From assembly GCA_965219415.1 (NCBI GenBank), contig CBDCNP010000002.1, positions 5,024,001 through 5,088,000 on the forward strand: DNA of 64,000 nt, in the 5' to 3' direction. The position numbers and the translations under genes were made by a program. Below the pieces are notes generated by a model. It was not told the DNA's origin and did no database searches. It worked only from the letters and a program-made list of their open reading frames with translations. Positions 1-10,159 of the stretch are shown here, piece after piece (positions within the stretch are counted from its first letter, which is position 1; each line of letters begins with the position of its first letter). The stretch comes from Candidatus Marinacidobacterales bacterium. GTDB taxonomy: Bacteria; Acidobacteriota; Vicinamibacteria; Marinacidobacterales; DATDRI01.

Positions 1-1086
1 AAGGGGAGGGGAGTCGGGATCGCTGCCTCGAGCTACATCAGTGGCGCGGGACTCCCTATTTACTGGAACCACCTCCCGCACAGCGGAGTTCAGCTGCAGT
101 TGGACCGCGGTGGAGGCGTCACCGCTTTTTGTGGCTCGACCGATATTGGCCAGGGATCGGACTCGGTGCTTGCCTACGTGGTTGCAGAAGAGCTCGGGGT
201 CGGGGTCTCGGACGTTCGCGTTGTGACGGCGGATACGGACCTGACCCCGGTGGATCTCGGGAGCTACTCCAGCCGCGTCACCCTAATGACCGGCAATGCT
301 GCGATCCAAGCGGCCCGACGGCTCAAACCACTCCTACTCGCCATGGTGTCTAAGGGGCTCGATGTTCCGCCCGAAAGGCTCCGGATGGCTCACCGTCGCG
401 TCTTCGACGCCGAGGATCCGGAGAAAGGAATGACCTTCGCCGAGGCGGTGGTGCTGACCGAGGCCGAGCATGGAACGTTGGGCTCGACGGGAAGCTACAA
501 GCCACCTCGCTCCGCGGCGCGCTATAAAGGGGCGGGCGTCGGTCCGAGTCCGACCTACAGTTATTCCGTCTGCGTCGTCGAGCTCCAAGTAGATGAGGAG
601 ACCGGGTGGGTCACCATCGACAAAATTTGGATCGCGCACGACATCGGAAAGGCCATCAATCCACTTCTCACTATCGGGCAGATCGAAGGGAGTGTTTACA
701 TGGGTCTCGGCGAGGCCCTGATGGAGGAGCAGGTCTTCCGGTTGGGGGTTCACAAGTTCCCCTCGCTGCTCGAGTACAAGAGCCCGACCTTCTTGGAAAT
801 GCCGCCGGTGGAGTCCATTCTCGTAGAAACCCTCGACCCGCAAGGGCCGTACGGCGCCAAGGAGTGCGGGCAAGGCCCACTACTCCCGGTCATCCCCGCA
901 CTCGTCAATGCCATCTACGATGCGGTAGGGGTTCGAGTGGACGAGGTTCCGGTAACGCCCGCCAAAATCCTCTTGGCCATGGACGGGCGTTTACGCTCAC
1001 CAGAGGTTCCTACTTTTGGTTTTCCCGAACCGCTCGAGGTGCCACCCTTGCCGGTATCCACCACGGGGGAGGAGCAGCCCGCATGA
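1..1086 (+). CDS. hcrA: Xanthine-dehydrogenase-family molybdopterin subunit, 4-hydroxybenzoyl-CoA reductase alpha-like (5' partial)
   Basis: Frame open from base 1. Moco-subunit motifs DIGQGS, DLGSYSSR, GQIEG, GPYGAKECGQG. Overlaps an HcrB-like gene. Confidence 0.75.
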   Translation, partial: KGRGVGIAASSYISGAGLPIYWNHLPHSGVQLQLDRGGGVTAFCGSTDIGQGSDSVLAYVVAEELGVGVSDVRVVTADTDLTPVDLGSYSSRVTLMTGNAAIQAARRLKPLLLAMVSKGLDVPPERLRMAHRRVFDAEDPEKGMTFAEAVVLTEAEHGTLGSTGSYKPPRSAARYKGAGVGPSPTYSYSVCVVELQVDEETGWVTIDKIWIAHDIGKAINPLLTIGQIEGSVYMGLGEALMEEQVFRLGVHKFPSLLEYKSPTFLEMPPVESILVETLDPQGPYGAKECGQGPLLPVIPALVNAIYDAVGVRVDEVPVTPAKILLAMDGRLRSPEVPTFGFPEPLEVPPLPVSTTGEEQPA

Positions 1087-2093
1087 TGCGGCTTCCGCCG
1101 TTTCGATATCTCGCTCCCAGCGAGGCGCGGGAAGCGGCGCGTATGCTTAAAGACCACGGTCCGGAAGCGGTGCCGGTTGCCGGTGGCACCGATCTATACC
1201 CCAACATGAAGCGACGACAGTTCGAACCGAGGGTCTTGGTCGGCCTTCGAGGAGTCCAAGGGCTCCGCGAACTAGAGGGAAGCCCCAAGAAGGGAATCGA
1301 GATCGGTGGGCTATTGACGCTCACCGAGCTCGCCGAATCCGACATGCTCCTTTCGGGGTACCCGGCGCTGGCTCGTTCTGCCGGTCTGGTCAGCTCGCCG
1401 ATCCTGCGAAACATGGGCACCATCGGTGGCAATCTTTGTATCGACACTCGTTGCAACTACTACAACCAGAACTTCGAGTGGCGGGAAGCCATCCATTTCT
1501 GCATGAAGAAAGACGGAGACATTTGCTGGGTGGCACCTGGCAGCAAGCGATGCTGGGCCATCGCCTCTTCGGATACTGCTCCGGTCTTCATTGCCCTCGA
1601 GGCCGAAGTGACTTTGGTGGGGCCGGAAGGTGAGCGCCGGATCCCAGTAGGGGACCTGTACAAACAGGACGGTATCGATTACACAGCGAAACGGTCGGAC
1701 GAAGTTCTGACCAAAATACATGTTCCCCCGGTCGATGGAACCCGCGCCACCTACTTGAAATTGAGACGTCGGGGAAGCATCGATTTCCCTATTGTGGGAG
1801 TGGCGGCCGCACTCAAGACCGGTTCCGACGGGACGGTGGAGAAAGCCCGCATCGTCCTGACGGCTGTGGAGTCGGCGCCTGTCGCAGCCACCAAGGCCGA
1901 GCAGATGTTCGTTGGCAAAAAGCTCTCGGCCGAGCTCATTCAGGAAGCCGCGGCCGCGGCCTACCGGCCGGCCCGGCCGCTCGACAATACGGATCTGACG
2001 CACGACTACCGCAAGAAAATGGCGCGGGTCTATGTGGCTCGCGCCCTGCAGGAGTTGTCGGAGCAAAATATTTTGCAGGGGAGGAACGCGTGA
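1083..2093 (+). CDS. hcrB: FAD-binding subunit with a four-Cys [4Fe-4S] insert, 4-hydroxybenzoyl-CoA reductase beta-like
   Basis: ATG 1083 overlaps the upstream stop (ATGA). Motifs AGGTDL, RNMGTIGGNL, Cys insert RCNYYNQ...FCMKKDGDICWV...RCWA. Confidence 0.75.
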   Translation: MMRLPPFRYLAPSEAREAARMLKDHGPEAVPVAGGTDLYPNMKRRQFEPRVLVGLRGVQGLRELEGSPKKGIEIGGLLTLTELAESDMLLSGYPALARSAGLVSSPILRNMGTIGGNLCIDTRCNYYNQNFEWREAIHFCMKKDGDICWVAPGSKRCWAIASSDTAPVFIALEAEVTLVGPEGERRIPVGDLYKQDGIDYTAKRSDEVLTKIHVPPVDGTRATYLKLRRRGSIDFPIVGVAAALKTGSDGTVEKARIVLTAVESAPVAATKAEQMFVGKKLSAELIQEAAAAAYRPARPLDNTDLTHDYRKKMARVYVARALQELSEQNILQGRNA

Positions 2094-2386
2094 ACGGTAC
2101 GGCCTCGACGCCCTAAAGTACTCTTGATATGTGGTTTACAACCGCACTAGTCGGCCCTGAGACCTTCATGGTAAACTAGTACCCGATCGGTCGTGAGCCT
2201 TTTCCAAGGCCTCACTCCGCAAGATACTTGAAATCTAATTAAAACAAGCCTAGTGTTCGGTCCCAGGGAGTCCCACAGTGCGTAGGAGCCACGTCCGCGG
2301 CGCCGGGGATCCCTTCCGATGAGGGGGAGTTCCATGCTACCATGTTGGTGGAGCTTTTTTTGGCCAGGAGAGGGGTAACGTTCGGG

Positions 2387-3316
2387 ATGCTAGAATCGAG
2401 CGTAGGTTTAGACAAAAACCGTTCGAGTGTCCGCGAGTTTCCGGCTGAGGCGAGGCGCATTCAATGGCGGAAGACCGTGCCTTTCGTCGGCGTACATCTG
2501 ATGGTATTCGGCGTCATTTGGGTCGGCTGGAGCCCGGTCGCGGTCGGCGTTGCCCTCGCCTTGTTCTGGTTGCGGATGTTCGCGGTCACGGGCTTCTACC
2601 ATCGCTACTTGTCTCACCGGAGTTACAAGACCTCTCGGTGGTTCCAATTCGCCTTCGCTCTGCTTGGCAGCTCCGCAACTCAGAAGGGGCCCTTGTGGTG
2701 GGCGTCTCACCACCGTACGCATCATCTGTATTCCGATCAGGAAGAGGACGTGCACTCTCCCACGCGTCACGGTTTCTTGTATAGCCACATTGGCTGGGTC
2801 TTTGCGCGGGTGAACGACACGACTAAGACGCGTTTGGTCCCGGACTTGGCGAAATTTCCCGAATTAAGATTTCTGGATCGGTTCGACGTGTTGGTGCCTA
2901 TCTTGCTCGGAACGGCGAGCTTCTTCTTGGGCGCCCTCCTTGCCAAGGTTAGTCCTCAACTCGGAACCAATGGCATGCAGATGCTTGTCTGGGGTTTCTT
3001 CATCTCGACGGTTGTACTCGCGCACGCCACTTACACCATCAATTCTCTGTCTCACGTTTTTGGGCGGCAGAGATTCGAGACCGACGATACGAGCAAGAAC
3101 AATTGGATGTTGGCCTTACTGACCATGGGCGAAGGTTGGCACAACAACCATCACCATTTTCCAACCGCAACCCGCCAAGGATTCTATTGGTACGAGGTCG
3201 ACCTTACCTACTACGGACTTTTTCTGCTGTCTAAGTTGGGCTTGATTTGGGATCTCAAATCGGTCCCCGAGCACATCTTGGAAACGGGTCGTGTATCGTC
3301 GCAAGCGGCTGCTTAG
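2387..3316 (+). CDS. Acyl-CoA (delta-9-type) fatty acid desaturase
   Basis: Three His boxes HRYLSH, HHRTHH, HNNHH with hydrophobic segments. Start uncertain (2342 or 2387). Confidence 0.9.
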   Translation: MLESSVGLDKNRSSVREFPAEARRIQWRKTVPFVGVHLMVFGVIWVGWSPVAVGVALALFWLRMFAVTGFYHRYLSHRSYKTSRWFQFAFALLGSSATQKGPLWWASHHRTHHLYSDQEEDVHSPTRHGFLYSHIGWVFARVNDTTKTRLVPDLAKFPELRFLDRFDVLVPILLGTASFFLGALLAKVSPQLGTNGMQMLVWGFFISTVVLAHATYTINSLSHVFGRQRFETDDTSKNNWMLALLTMGEGWHNNHHHFPTATRQGFYWYEVDLTYYGLFLLSKLGLIWDLKSVPEHILETGRVSSQAAA

Positions 3317-3975
3317 CCCAACTTCCGAATTCGTGAGGGTCGGTTTATCCTGACCGCGGCAAGCGCGAACGAACCTCGTCCTTCCAGGCAATACTTTTTC
3401 TCGAAGTCGGAGCCAACCAGCTCCCCCGCTGCCGCTGTGGAGGGTGGTTGGTACTCGCTCTGCAAGAGGGAAGAAGAACTCACAACCTCCACTATGTGAT
3501 CGAAATAGTCTTTATGGTCGGTCACCACCTGCAACCTGCCTCCAGGCGTCAGAACCCGTGCCACCAGTTGCAAGAACTTGGGTTGGATCAGGCGGCGCTT
3601 TTGATGACGCTTCTTCGGCCAGGGGTCGGGGAAGTGGACGTAGATGGCGCTCAGGAAGTCGTCGGGTACGAACTCGTCAAGAAAGTAGCCGGCGTCAACG
3701 AGAATCAACCGCACGTTCGAGCACCCGTGACGACGGACTCGATCGCTGGCGAGGCGCCAGTATCGTTTGGAACGCTCGATGCCGATGAAGTTGGCCGCCG
3801 GCCGGTTCTTCGCCGCTTCGTCGAGGAAGGCCCCCTTCCCAGCCCCAATTTCCATCTCCACCCGATGCTCGTTTCCGAATAGTCTCTTGACGGAGATGGG
3901 CTTAGGCAGGTTTCGTACTTCTAGGCCGATGGGCTCGATAACCCATTCGCGAACGGTGCTGCCACGAGATCTCAT
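3313..3975 (-). CDS. trmB: tRNA (guanine-N7)-methyltransferase
   Basis: EIGAGKG SAM motif, FPDPWPKKRHQKRR, TDHKDY. Start uncertain. Confidence 0.9.
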   Translation of the reverse strand: MRSRGSTVREWVIEPIGLEVRNLPKPISVKRLFGNEHRVEMEIGAGKGAFLDEAAKNRPAANFIGIERSKRYWRLASDRVRRHGCSNVRLILVDAGYFLDEFVPDDFLSAIYVHFPDPWPKKRHQKRRLIQPKFLQLVARVLTPGGRLQVVTDHKDYFDHIVEVVSSSSLLQSEYQPPSTAAAGELVGSDFEKKYCLEGRGSFALAAVRINRPSRIRKLG

Positions 3976-4167
3976 GGAAGTCTGGTATATATTAACTCCC
4001 TGGCGATAAAAGCCGTCTCGCACGGCGTTCCAATGGGCTGGATCTGTGAATGTCTGACGCGCCGTATCTGCGAACGAGTATAGTGTCCGGTGTCCCCGTG
4101 GGGCTCCTATGGCAATCGGGAAGGCTCATGTTGATGGTGATCCTTACCCTGATTCTACCGTCTGGGG

Positions 4168-5627
4168 GGGGATGTCCCGCCGGATGTTGAATTTGGGGTA
4201 GCGGCGGCTCCTTGGCCGGCCTAAGAATAGGTCTGCCAAACAACCGTCTCCAGAGGGGGACAAGGAGCCACCAATGCCTAGGAAATCAAAGAAGCCAGTA
4301 AGAAAGCAAACGCACTCGCCTACGGGCAAGGTAGTTGGCCAAGTCGGTCAGATACTGCTACCGATGATAGCTGGGATCGCGGCCACGAAGGCGGAACTGA
4401 CGGAATGGGTGTACGAGCAAGGACTGACAGCTCTGCACCTACTGCTCAGAGAGGACGCCGAGGAGATCGCGGGGCTCAAGGGCAAGCACGAGAAGGAGCG
4501 AACTCATAACCACTGGGGGAGCACGAACGGAGAGCTGAGCTTCGGTGGTCGTCGCATCCAAGTGTCGCGACCTCGAGTTCGCTCGAAGTCGGGCGAGGAG
4601 GCGTCGCTTCCACACTTCGAAGCCTTCCGCGAAGAAGACCCGCTTCCAGAGCGAGTGTTGAATCAGATCTTGGTGGGGGTATCGACCCGAAATTACGAAT
4701 CGAGTCTGAACAAACCCGCGGCCAAGTTGAAGTCTCGTGGCACGAGTAAGAGTGCCGCCAGCCGTCACCTCGTGAGCCAGACGACTAAGAAGCTCGAGGA
4801 ATACCTGTCTCGGCGGCTAGAGGAGTTCGAGCTTGCGGCACTGATGCTGGATGGCCTTGAGGTGGCCGGACAGACCGTCGTCGTAACTCTAGGTATCACA
4901 ATAGATGGAACGAAGGTGCCCCTGGGTATATGGCTGGGCTCGACGGAGAACTCTCGGGTGTGCACCGCGATGTTGCAGGACCTTCTCGAGCGGGGCTTGC
5001 GCGTCGATGAGTCGATTCTCTGCGTAGTGGACGGAGGCAAAGGCATCCGCAAGGCACTCGTCGACGTTTTGGGGGACCTCGCGGTCATCCAAAGGTGCCA
5101 GATCCATAAACTCCGGAATCTTCGCTCGTACCTTCCCAAGTCTCGTCACGCCTACGTACTCCAGACGATGAAGGAAGCCTACAAGTGCAAGAGTGCCGAC
5201 AAGGCGCGCAAGCGACTTCAGGCATTGGTGTCGTGGCTCGAGCGAAACGGCTACGACGAAGCTGCCGGAAGCCTTCGTGAAGGGATGGAAGAGACACTCA
5301 CGGTCGTGAAGCTCGCGCTGCCCGCCTTACTTCGCCAGTCTCTTGCCACGACGAACGCCATTGAGAATCTCAACGGAACCATTCGCAGAGTATCGAGAAA
5401 CCTCAAGCGTTGGAAGAGTCCTTCCATGGTTCGCCGATGGACCGCTCTTGGCGTCGTCACCGCGCAGAAAAAGTTCCGGCGTATCAAAGGCTATCGCCAT
5501 ATGGGCGCTTTCGTTCACGCGCTTAGAAGCAAACAGAAATCTCTTGACAGCGATGAGTTTGCTGCCTAAGAGTATTCACAGGTGCCGCCGCTACCCGACC
5601 AAATTCAACAGCGGCCGGGACATCCCC
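4168..5627 (+). mobile_element. IS256-family insertion sequence
   Basis: Imperfect ~42-bp terminal IRs (GGGGATGTCCCGCCGGATGTTGAATTTGG.. / ..CCAAATTCAACAGCGGCCGGGACATCCCC) around a transposase gene. Confidence 0.9.
4274..5569 (+). CDS. IS256-family (Mutator-type) DDE transposase
   Basis: GVSTR, LMLDG, VVDGGKG, QRCQIHKLRN, TTNAIE motifs. Confidence 0.93.
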   Translation: MPRKSKKPVRKQTHSPTGKVVGQVGQILLPMIAGIAATKAELTEWVYEQGLTALHLLLREDAEEIAGLKGKHEKERTHNHWGSTNGELSFGGRRIQVSRPRVRSKSGEEASLPHFEAFREEDPLPERVLNQILVGVSTRNYESSLNKPAAKLKSRGTSKSAASRHLVSQTTKKLEEYLSRRLEEFELAALMLDGLEVAGQTVVVTLGITIDGTKVPLGIWLGSTENSRVCTAMLQDLLERGLRVDESILCVVDGGKGIRKALVDVLGDLAVIQRCQIHKLRNLRSYLPKSRHAYVLQTMKEAYKCKSADKARKRLQALVSWLERNGYDEAAGSLREGMEETLTVVKLALPALLRQSLATTNAIENLNGTIRRVSRNLKRWKSPSMVRRWTALGVVTAQKKFRRIKGYRHMGAFVHALRSKQKSLDSDEFAA

Positions 5628-6941
5628 ACCTTTGGGGCGTCGGCTAGACAGAACCCTTGGCAGAACCAAGGGGGTCAAGAAACCACGAGCGGCGACGAGG
5701 ACAAGGAACAGGAGAAGGAGCAGGAAACATCCGACACGTCCGACGCCGGTCCGACCGAGCCAGAAGACAGTGAAGAAGAGGAAGAGCACGCCTCATGGCA
5801 CGAGTACCTGTACTGGGCCAACGGGCTTTACCTCGATACGACCTGGAACAATCTAAGGATCAAATTCGCGGGTGATGTCCAGAACGACACCGCCGGATTC
5901 TCCAACACCGACTCCGCAGAGGAAGCTCTCGGCGTTCCCATCGAAGACGGCGTCGAGTGGCGTCGCGCGCGGATCTATGCGGATGGGACGTTTGGAGTCC
6001 ATTTCCGTTTCCGCTGGGAACTTCACTGCCGCGAATCCGCCCAATCTTCAAGATGCCTACTTTGGACTGCGCGAGCTTCCCATCCCGACGCTTCAGATCA
6101 TCGCGTCTCCATGAACGTCGTACTATCGGCGGCGGTGTATCCTTCCAAGCCCAGAAGTGCCCGGAAACGGCCGAGAAGCCTCACCAGTGCCTTCCTCCCA
6201 TCCCGCAACTCGGGCTTGTTGTTCTACGGAGCGGCGCCGCGCAAAAAGATAAGATGGGCGATTGGAATCCTTCAGCCGGAAAGCGAAGATATTAATTTGA
6301 AAAACACGGACAACATCGGTACGTTGGGTCGCTTCGCGGGTGCCTTTCATCCCAGAGGGGGAAAGACGCTGGTGCACCTCGGAATCGACTTGTGGCGACG
6401 AAACGTCGACCCCACGATCGAGTTCTCCTCTCAGCCCGAGTCCAACCTCGCCCCGAACTTTGTGGAGACGGGCGAGTTTCCGTCCACCCATGTGAACATC
6501 GCCGTCGTCGAGAATGCGGTGCAACGAGGCCGCTGGTCGTTTCAGGGGGAGTTCGTGCCGGCCACTGTGGAGACAGACAACCAAGGCGATTTCTTCTTCT
6601 ACGCTTTTTACGTCATGGGAAGCTATTTCCTCACCGGCGAAGCCCGCCCCTACCTGGCGGGCGAGGGCAGGTTCGGACGACCTCAGCCCAAGCACGAGTT
6701 GCGGGACGGCGCGGGAGGTCGTGGCGCTTTCGAGGTCGCCTTTCGCTTCTCTCGCATCGATCTGACCGACAAAATCGTCACCGGAGGTGAGCTCAACGAC
6801 CTAACCGCCGCCTTCAATTGGTATCCTACCTACTCCACCCGGGTGGCCTTCAACGTGATCCGGGCCAAGCTCAAGTCCGCCGATCCGGTGTGGGTTTTCC
6901 AAGGACGGCTTCAGGTGTCTTTCTAGGCTTGGCTCTGGCCG

Positions 6942-6970
6942 AAAAAAAAGGCGGCCGATCCGCGGCCGCC
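6942..6970 (-). terminator. Rho-independent terminator
   Basis: Stem GGCGGCCG/CGGCCGCC with a T8 tract on the minus strand, between convergent genes. Confidence 0.75.
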
Positions 6971-6994
6971 CCGTTTGACCTCGAGTGCGCCTTA

Positions 6995-7631
6995 CTAGAA
7001 CGCGATGATCACCCCGCCAGTCAGATCTCCCTGAAAGATATACTGGCTGCCGGTCACCAGACCGCACGTGATGTAACCGCAAACCCACCCGGTTTGCGTG
7101 AGATTGGTGTTCGTGGAGTAGCCTCGGAACTCCAGTCGCGCTCCAAAGTGGTCACTCGCCATGAACTTCACGCCGCCGCCGAATCCGAACGAGAACCTCG
7201 TCGTGCTATCCAGGCCCTCGACATCGGGATTGAAGTTAGTAGCGCCGAGTGAGAACACCACAAAGGGGCGGACCGGCTCGTCATACTCGTTGAAATGGAA
7301 TAGCACACCACCATGGTAGTAATCGGTGTTGACGTCGTCCAATGGTGTGCTCGGGCCGAAGAGTCCACCCCTGGCCTTGAGCAGGGCCTTCTGATGGCCG
7401 TAGAGAAACTCTACCGCTCTACGGTTTCGGTCACGTTGACGTCGACGGTGAAGCCCCAGCTCACGTTGCTGTCGAGGTTCAAGTCGGTGTTGATAGCCTC
7501 CAGTGTAACGCCGCCCGCGAATCGATATCCGATAAACGGCGCGATTTCCACCTTGGGCTGTGCCCAAGCCGAGGAAGAACCGAGCGCAAATAGCACAGGC
7601 AGTGCGATGCGATGATCAACTTTCGAAGCAT
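6995..7631 (-). pseudogene. Outer-membrane beta-barrel protein (two apparent frameshifts)
   Basis: AAGGAG RBS. MLRKLIIA, then ..SAWAQPKVEIAPFIGYRF, then ..FGFGGGVKF..GARLEFRG..GGVIIAF are split across three ORF segments; terminal Phe. Confidence 0.7.
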
Positions 7632-7902
7632 TCTTGCATTCTCCTTGTAGCTTAGCTTGTTGAGTGGGGGCCTTCCTTGTTCGCCAGCCGTACGGTCTAT
7701 TACTTTGCTTCCGTTGGCGGGTAGTCGATCGTCAACTTGCCGCTCGAGCAACTTGTTGCCACGATAGCAAGCAGGAAAACGAAGAGCGAATTGAATCGAA
7801 TCATTGGTTTCCACATTTCGATTGCTGGCCCGCGGTTGGCGGTCCGCAACCTCCCTTGGAACGAAGCACTGCGATCTTAACCAACGCCGAGCCCTCGCTG
7901 CA

Positions 7903-7920
7903 ATCCGTAAAATTACGGAT
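7903..7920. promoter_or_regulatory. Palindromic operator candidate ATCCGTAA-AA-TTACGGAT
   Basis: Perfect 8-bp inverted repeat; near-copy at 9449-9464. Confidence 0.55.
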
Positions 7921-7962
7921 ATTCTGAAGTAGGAAGAATTCCGGCAACCCCGTGAGAGGGCT

Positions 7963-8368
7963 TCAAGACGTCTCTACGCGGAGGAGTGGAGAAATGTAAT
8001 GGTGTCCGTGGAGAGCCTCATCGATGGCGGGCAACAAATCTTCGCCGGCAGATGACTTGAGGACGTATGCCATGCCACCCGCCTGGAAAGCGATTTCGAC
8101 GAGGGCCGGGTCCTTGTGAACGGTCAGAAATATAATTCTGGAGACGATGCCGTCCTGCCGAAGCCTTCGCGCCGCCTCGATTCCGCTAACGTTGGGCATC
8201 GAAATGTCCACCACGAGAACGTCCGGTGTGAGGCGCCTGGCAGCCTCCAGCAGGGCCTCGCCATCCCCGACCTCCCCCAACCACATCGAACTTGGGCTCG
8301 AGTAGGGCACGTACCTCATCGAGCAGGGCGTCACTGTCGTCGGCTAGCAGGACTTGCGGGCGCTCCAC
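7963..8368 (-). CDS. Receiver-only NarL-type response regulator (one frameshift near 8275)
   Basis: AGGAG RBS + GTG 8368. VLLADD, VVDISMP, FLTVH, YVLK. No HTH. Confidence 0.75.
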
Positions 8369-8384
8369 GGTATCTCTCCTCGGC

Positions 8385-8416
8385 AAAACGCGGGGGGGCG
8401 GGACCGCCCCCCCGCG
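8385..8416 (-). terminator. 12-bp GC hairpin followed by TTTT, directly upstream of the receiver gene RBS
   Basis: CGCGGGGGGGCG / CGCCCCCCCGCG stem with a 4-nt loop. Confidence 0.55.
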
Positions 8417-8695
8417 GGGGCGAGCCCGCCTCTGAACTAAGGGGAACGAGGGCCAGCCTATGAGTGCTTTCACCCCTCGCGTATGGGGAGAGGCTATCAA
8501 CTCCTGGGGGTATGGTGTCATCAGGAGAAATGCGGATTTTTCGGGGAAAAATTGCGGAGAAAAAGGTGCGGAGATTACTGGGCTACTGGACGCCCGGCGT
8601 CCTGCCTGCGTTCGACTCGAGGCACCCACCGACTACTGAACGCCCAGCAAGATCTACGAGCCTGAGCTGTCCTCAAGCCCGAACTGCCGGCGCGA

Positions 8696-9221
8696 TTAGC
8701 TCGACTTCGGTGGGTATTTGTCGAAAATCTTCTCGACGACCTTGTGGATTTTCTTGATGTTCTTGTCCGGCTTGTCGCTGATAGTATCGGTTCCCGAGCC
8801 TCGAAAAAGAAGCTGCTTCCCGTCTGCGCTCCAGAGGTCGATGACGATGGTGCTTTTCTCGTATTGAATAAGCGCGGGTCGTGGATGTGCCCATGCCACC
8901 GCCCCAACGGGCGCCGTAGCCGTATCCAAAGTTATCTGTTACGTACTGCTTGTTCTCTTTGGCGGACGCATGGTACGTCACGTACATATCGGGGTCCGAG
9001 TCGACCTTCTTGATGCCCTCTTTTTCCAGCGCCGCCTCTATCGCGTCGACCACCCGCTGGTCCATGAGCGGATCCTCGACTGGCGTTCCTTTGGCATAGG
9101 CGTAGGTTTTGAACTTCGTAAAATCCGCGCCGCGATCCCAATCGGTTGTGATTTTCTGCGCGAATCCGGTCGCCGCGATCAGGATGATGGCAAGACAAAG
9201 TGCCGTTGGTAAGCCTTTCAT
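8696..9221 (-). CDS. DUF4136-like secreted protein (frameshifted near 8860-8890)
   Basis: Signal peptide, DFTKFKTYAY, GYGYG, TIVIDLW..LLFRG, C-terminal KYPP. Confidence 0.75.
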
Positions 9222-9448
9222 GGTCTCTCCTTCCGCATCGTTTTCGTGGGTTGCAAGAATATATCCGAAAAGCGTTGCGATCAAAAACGACGAGAACTGG
9301 GGGACATCTCTCAGAAAAGAAAGGAGGTCAGGGGCGGCGGCCCGCCCCTCGGGGCCAGGTCGTCTTAGGAAGTAATGAGGGCTGCACTGCTCTGCTACGC
9401 CCCCCCTGCAAGCGGCGATCTTGCCGTAACCAAAGGGGCCGAATCTAC

Positions 9449-9464
9449 CCGTAAAACTACGGAT
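9449..9464. promoter_or_regulatory. Operator candidate CCGTA-AAAC-TACGGAT
   Basis: Second copy of the 7903 palindrome. Confidence 0.5.
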
Positions 9465-9517
9465 TCTGTCAGGAATTATTACGGGGAAACAGCGAAGTTT
9501 CGACGACTAAAAAGCGG

Positions 9518-10159
9518 TTACAGGGAAACGACCCCACGCTTGATGGCGTACTGGATCAGCTCGGCGGTTGTCTGGAGGCCCAGTTTCTCCATTAGATCGT
9601 ACTTGTGGGATTCCACCGTACGTGTCGATACGCTCAGGGCGGACGCGATCTCCTTCATGGTGTGGCCTTCGGCGACCAGCTGGAGAACTTCTCGCTGGCG
9701 TGCCGTCAATTCCACCGAGGCCTTTTCGGGCTCGCCCCCGGCCTTCATGAAGGCTTCCAACACCTCCTGCTGAATGAGCGGAGTCAGGTAAACCCGACCC
9801 TTCAGCACAGTGTGGATGGCGGTGATGAGCTCCTCGCCCGCCGACTGCTTGAGAAGGTAACCAGAGGCACCGGCCCGAAACGCTTCCGTTGCGAGGTCGG
9901 CGTCCGAGTGCATGGTCAGGAAGACGACTTTTGCTTTCTCGTTTTTCTTTTTCAGCTGCCGAACGGCATCGAGCCCGTTCAAGGATGGCATCGTGATGTC
10001 GGCAACAATCACGTCCGGTTGAAGCTCTTCGGCGGCGAGCAGCATGGCGCGGCCGTCTTCCACCGTTCCGACGAGCTCGAACTCCGGGTCCAGGATGCTC
10101 TTCAGGCCCTCGGTGACGATGGTGTGGTCATCCGCCAGCAGCACTCGAGGGCGCGTCAC
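9518..10159 (-). CDS. NarL/FixJ-family response regulator (REC + LuxR HTH)
   Basis: LLADDH, DITMP, LTARQREVLQLVAEG..KEIA..STRTVESHK. Confidence 0.95.
   Translation of the reverse strand: MTRPRVLLADDHTIVTEGLKSILDPEFELVGTVEDGRAMLLAAEELQPDVIVADITMPSLNGLDAVRQLKKKNEKAKVVFLTMHSDADLATEAFRAGASGYLLKQSAGEELITAIHTVLKGRVYLTPLIQQEVLEAFMKAGGEPEKASVELTARQREVLQLVAEGHTMKEIASALSVSTRTVESHKYDLMEKLGLQTTAELIQYAIKRGVVSL

Larger units (their letters stand above)
4098..6926 (+). pseudogene. OprO/OprP-like phosphate-selective porin, interrupted by IS256 and frameshifted
   Basis: WRRARI, YFLTGE, GAFEVAFRFSRIDL, FNWYP, C-terminal RLQVSF. Signal-peptide-like 5' part lies left of the IS. Frame disturbed at ~6015-6180. 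Confidence 0.75.

Noticed and set aside
5343-5627. Transposase-porin fusion ORF (5343-6926)
   Set aside because: Read-through from IS256 sequence; the true porin start lies left of the IS.
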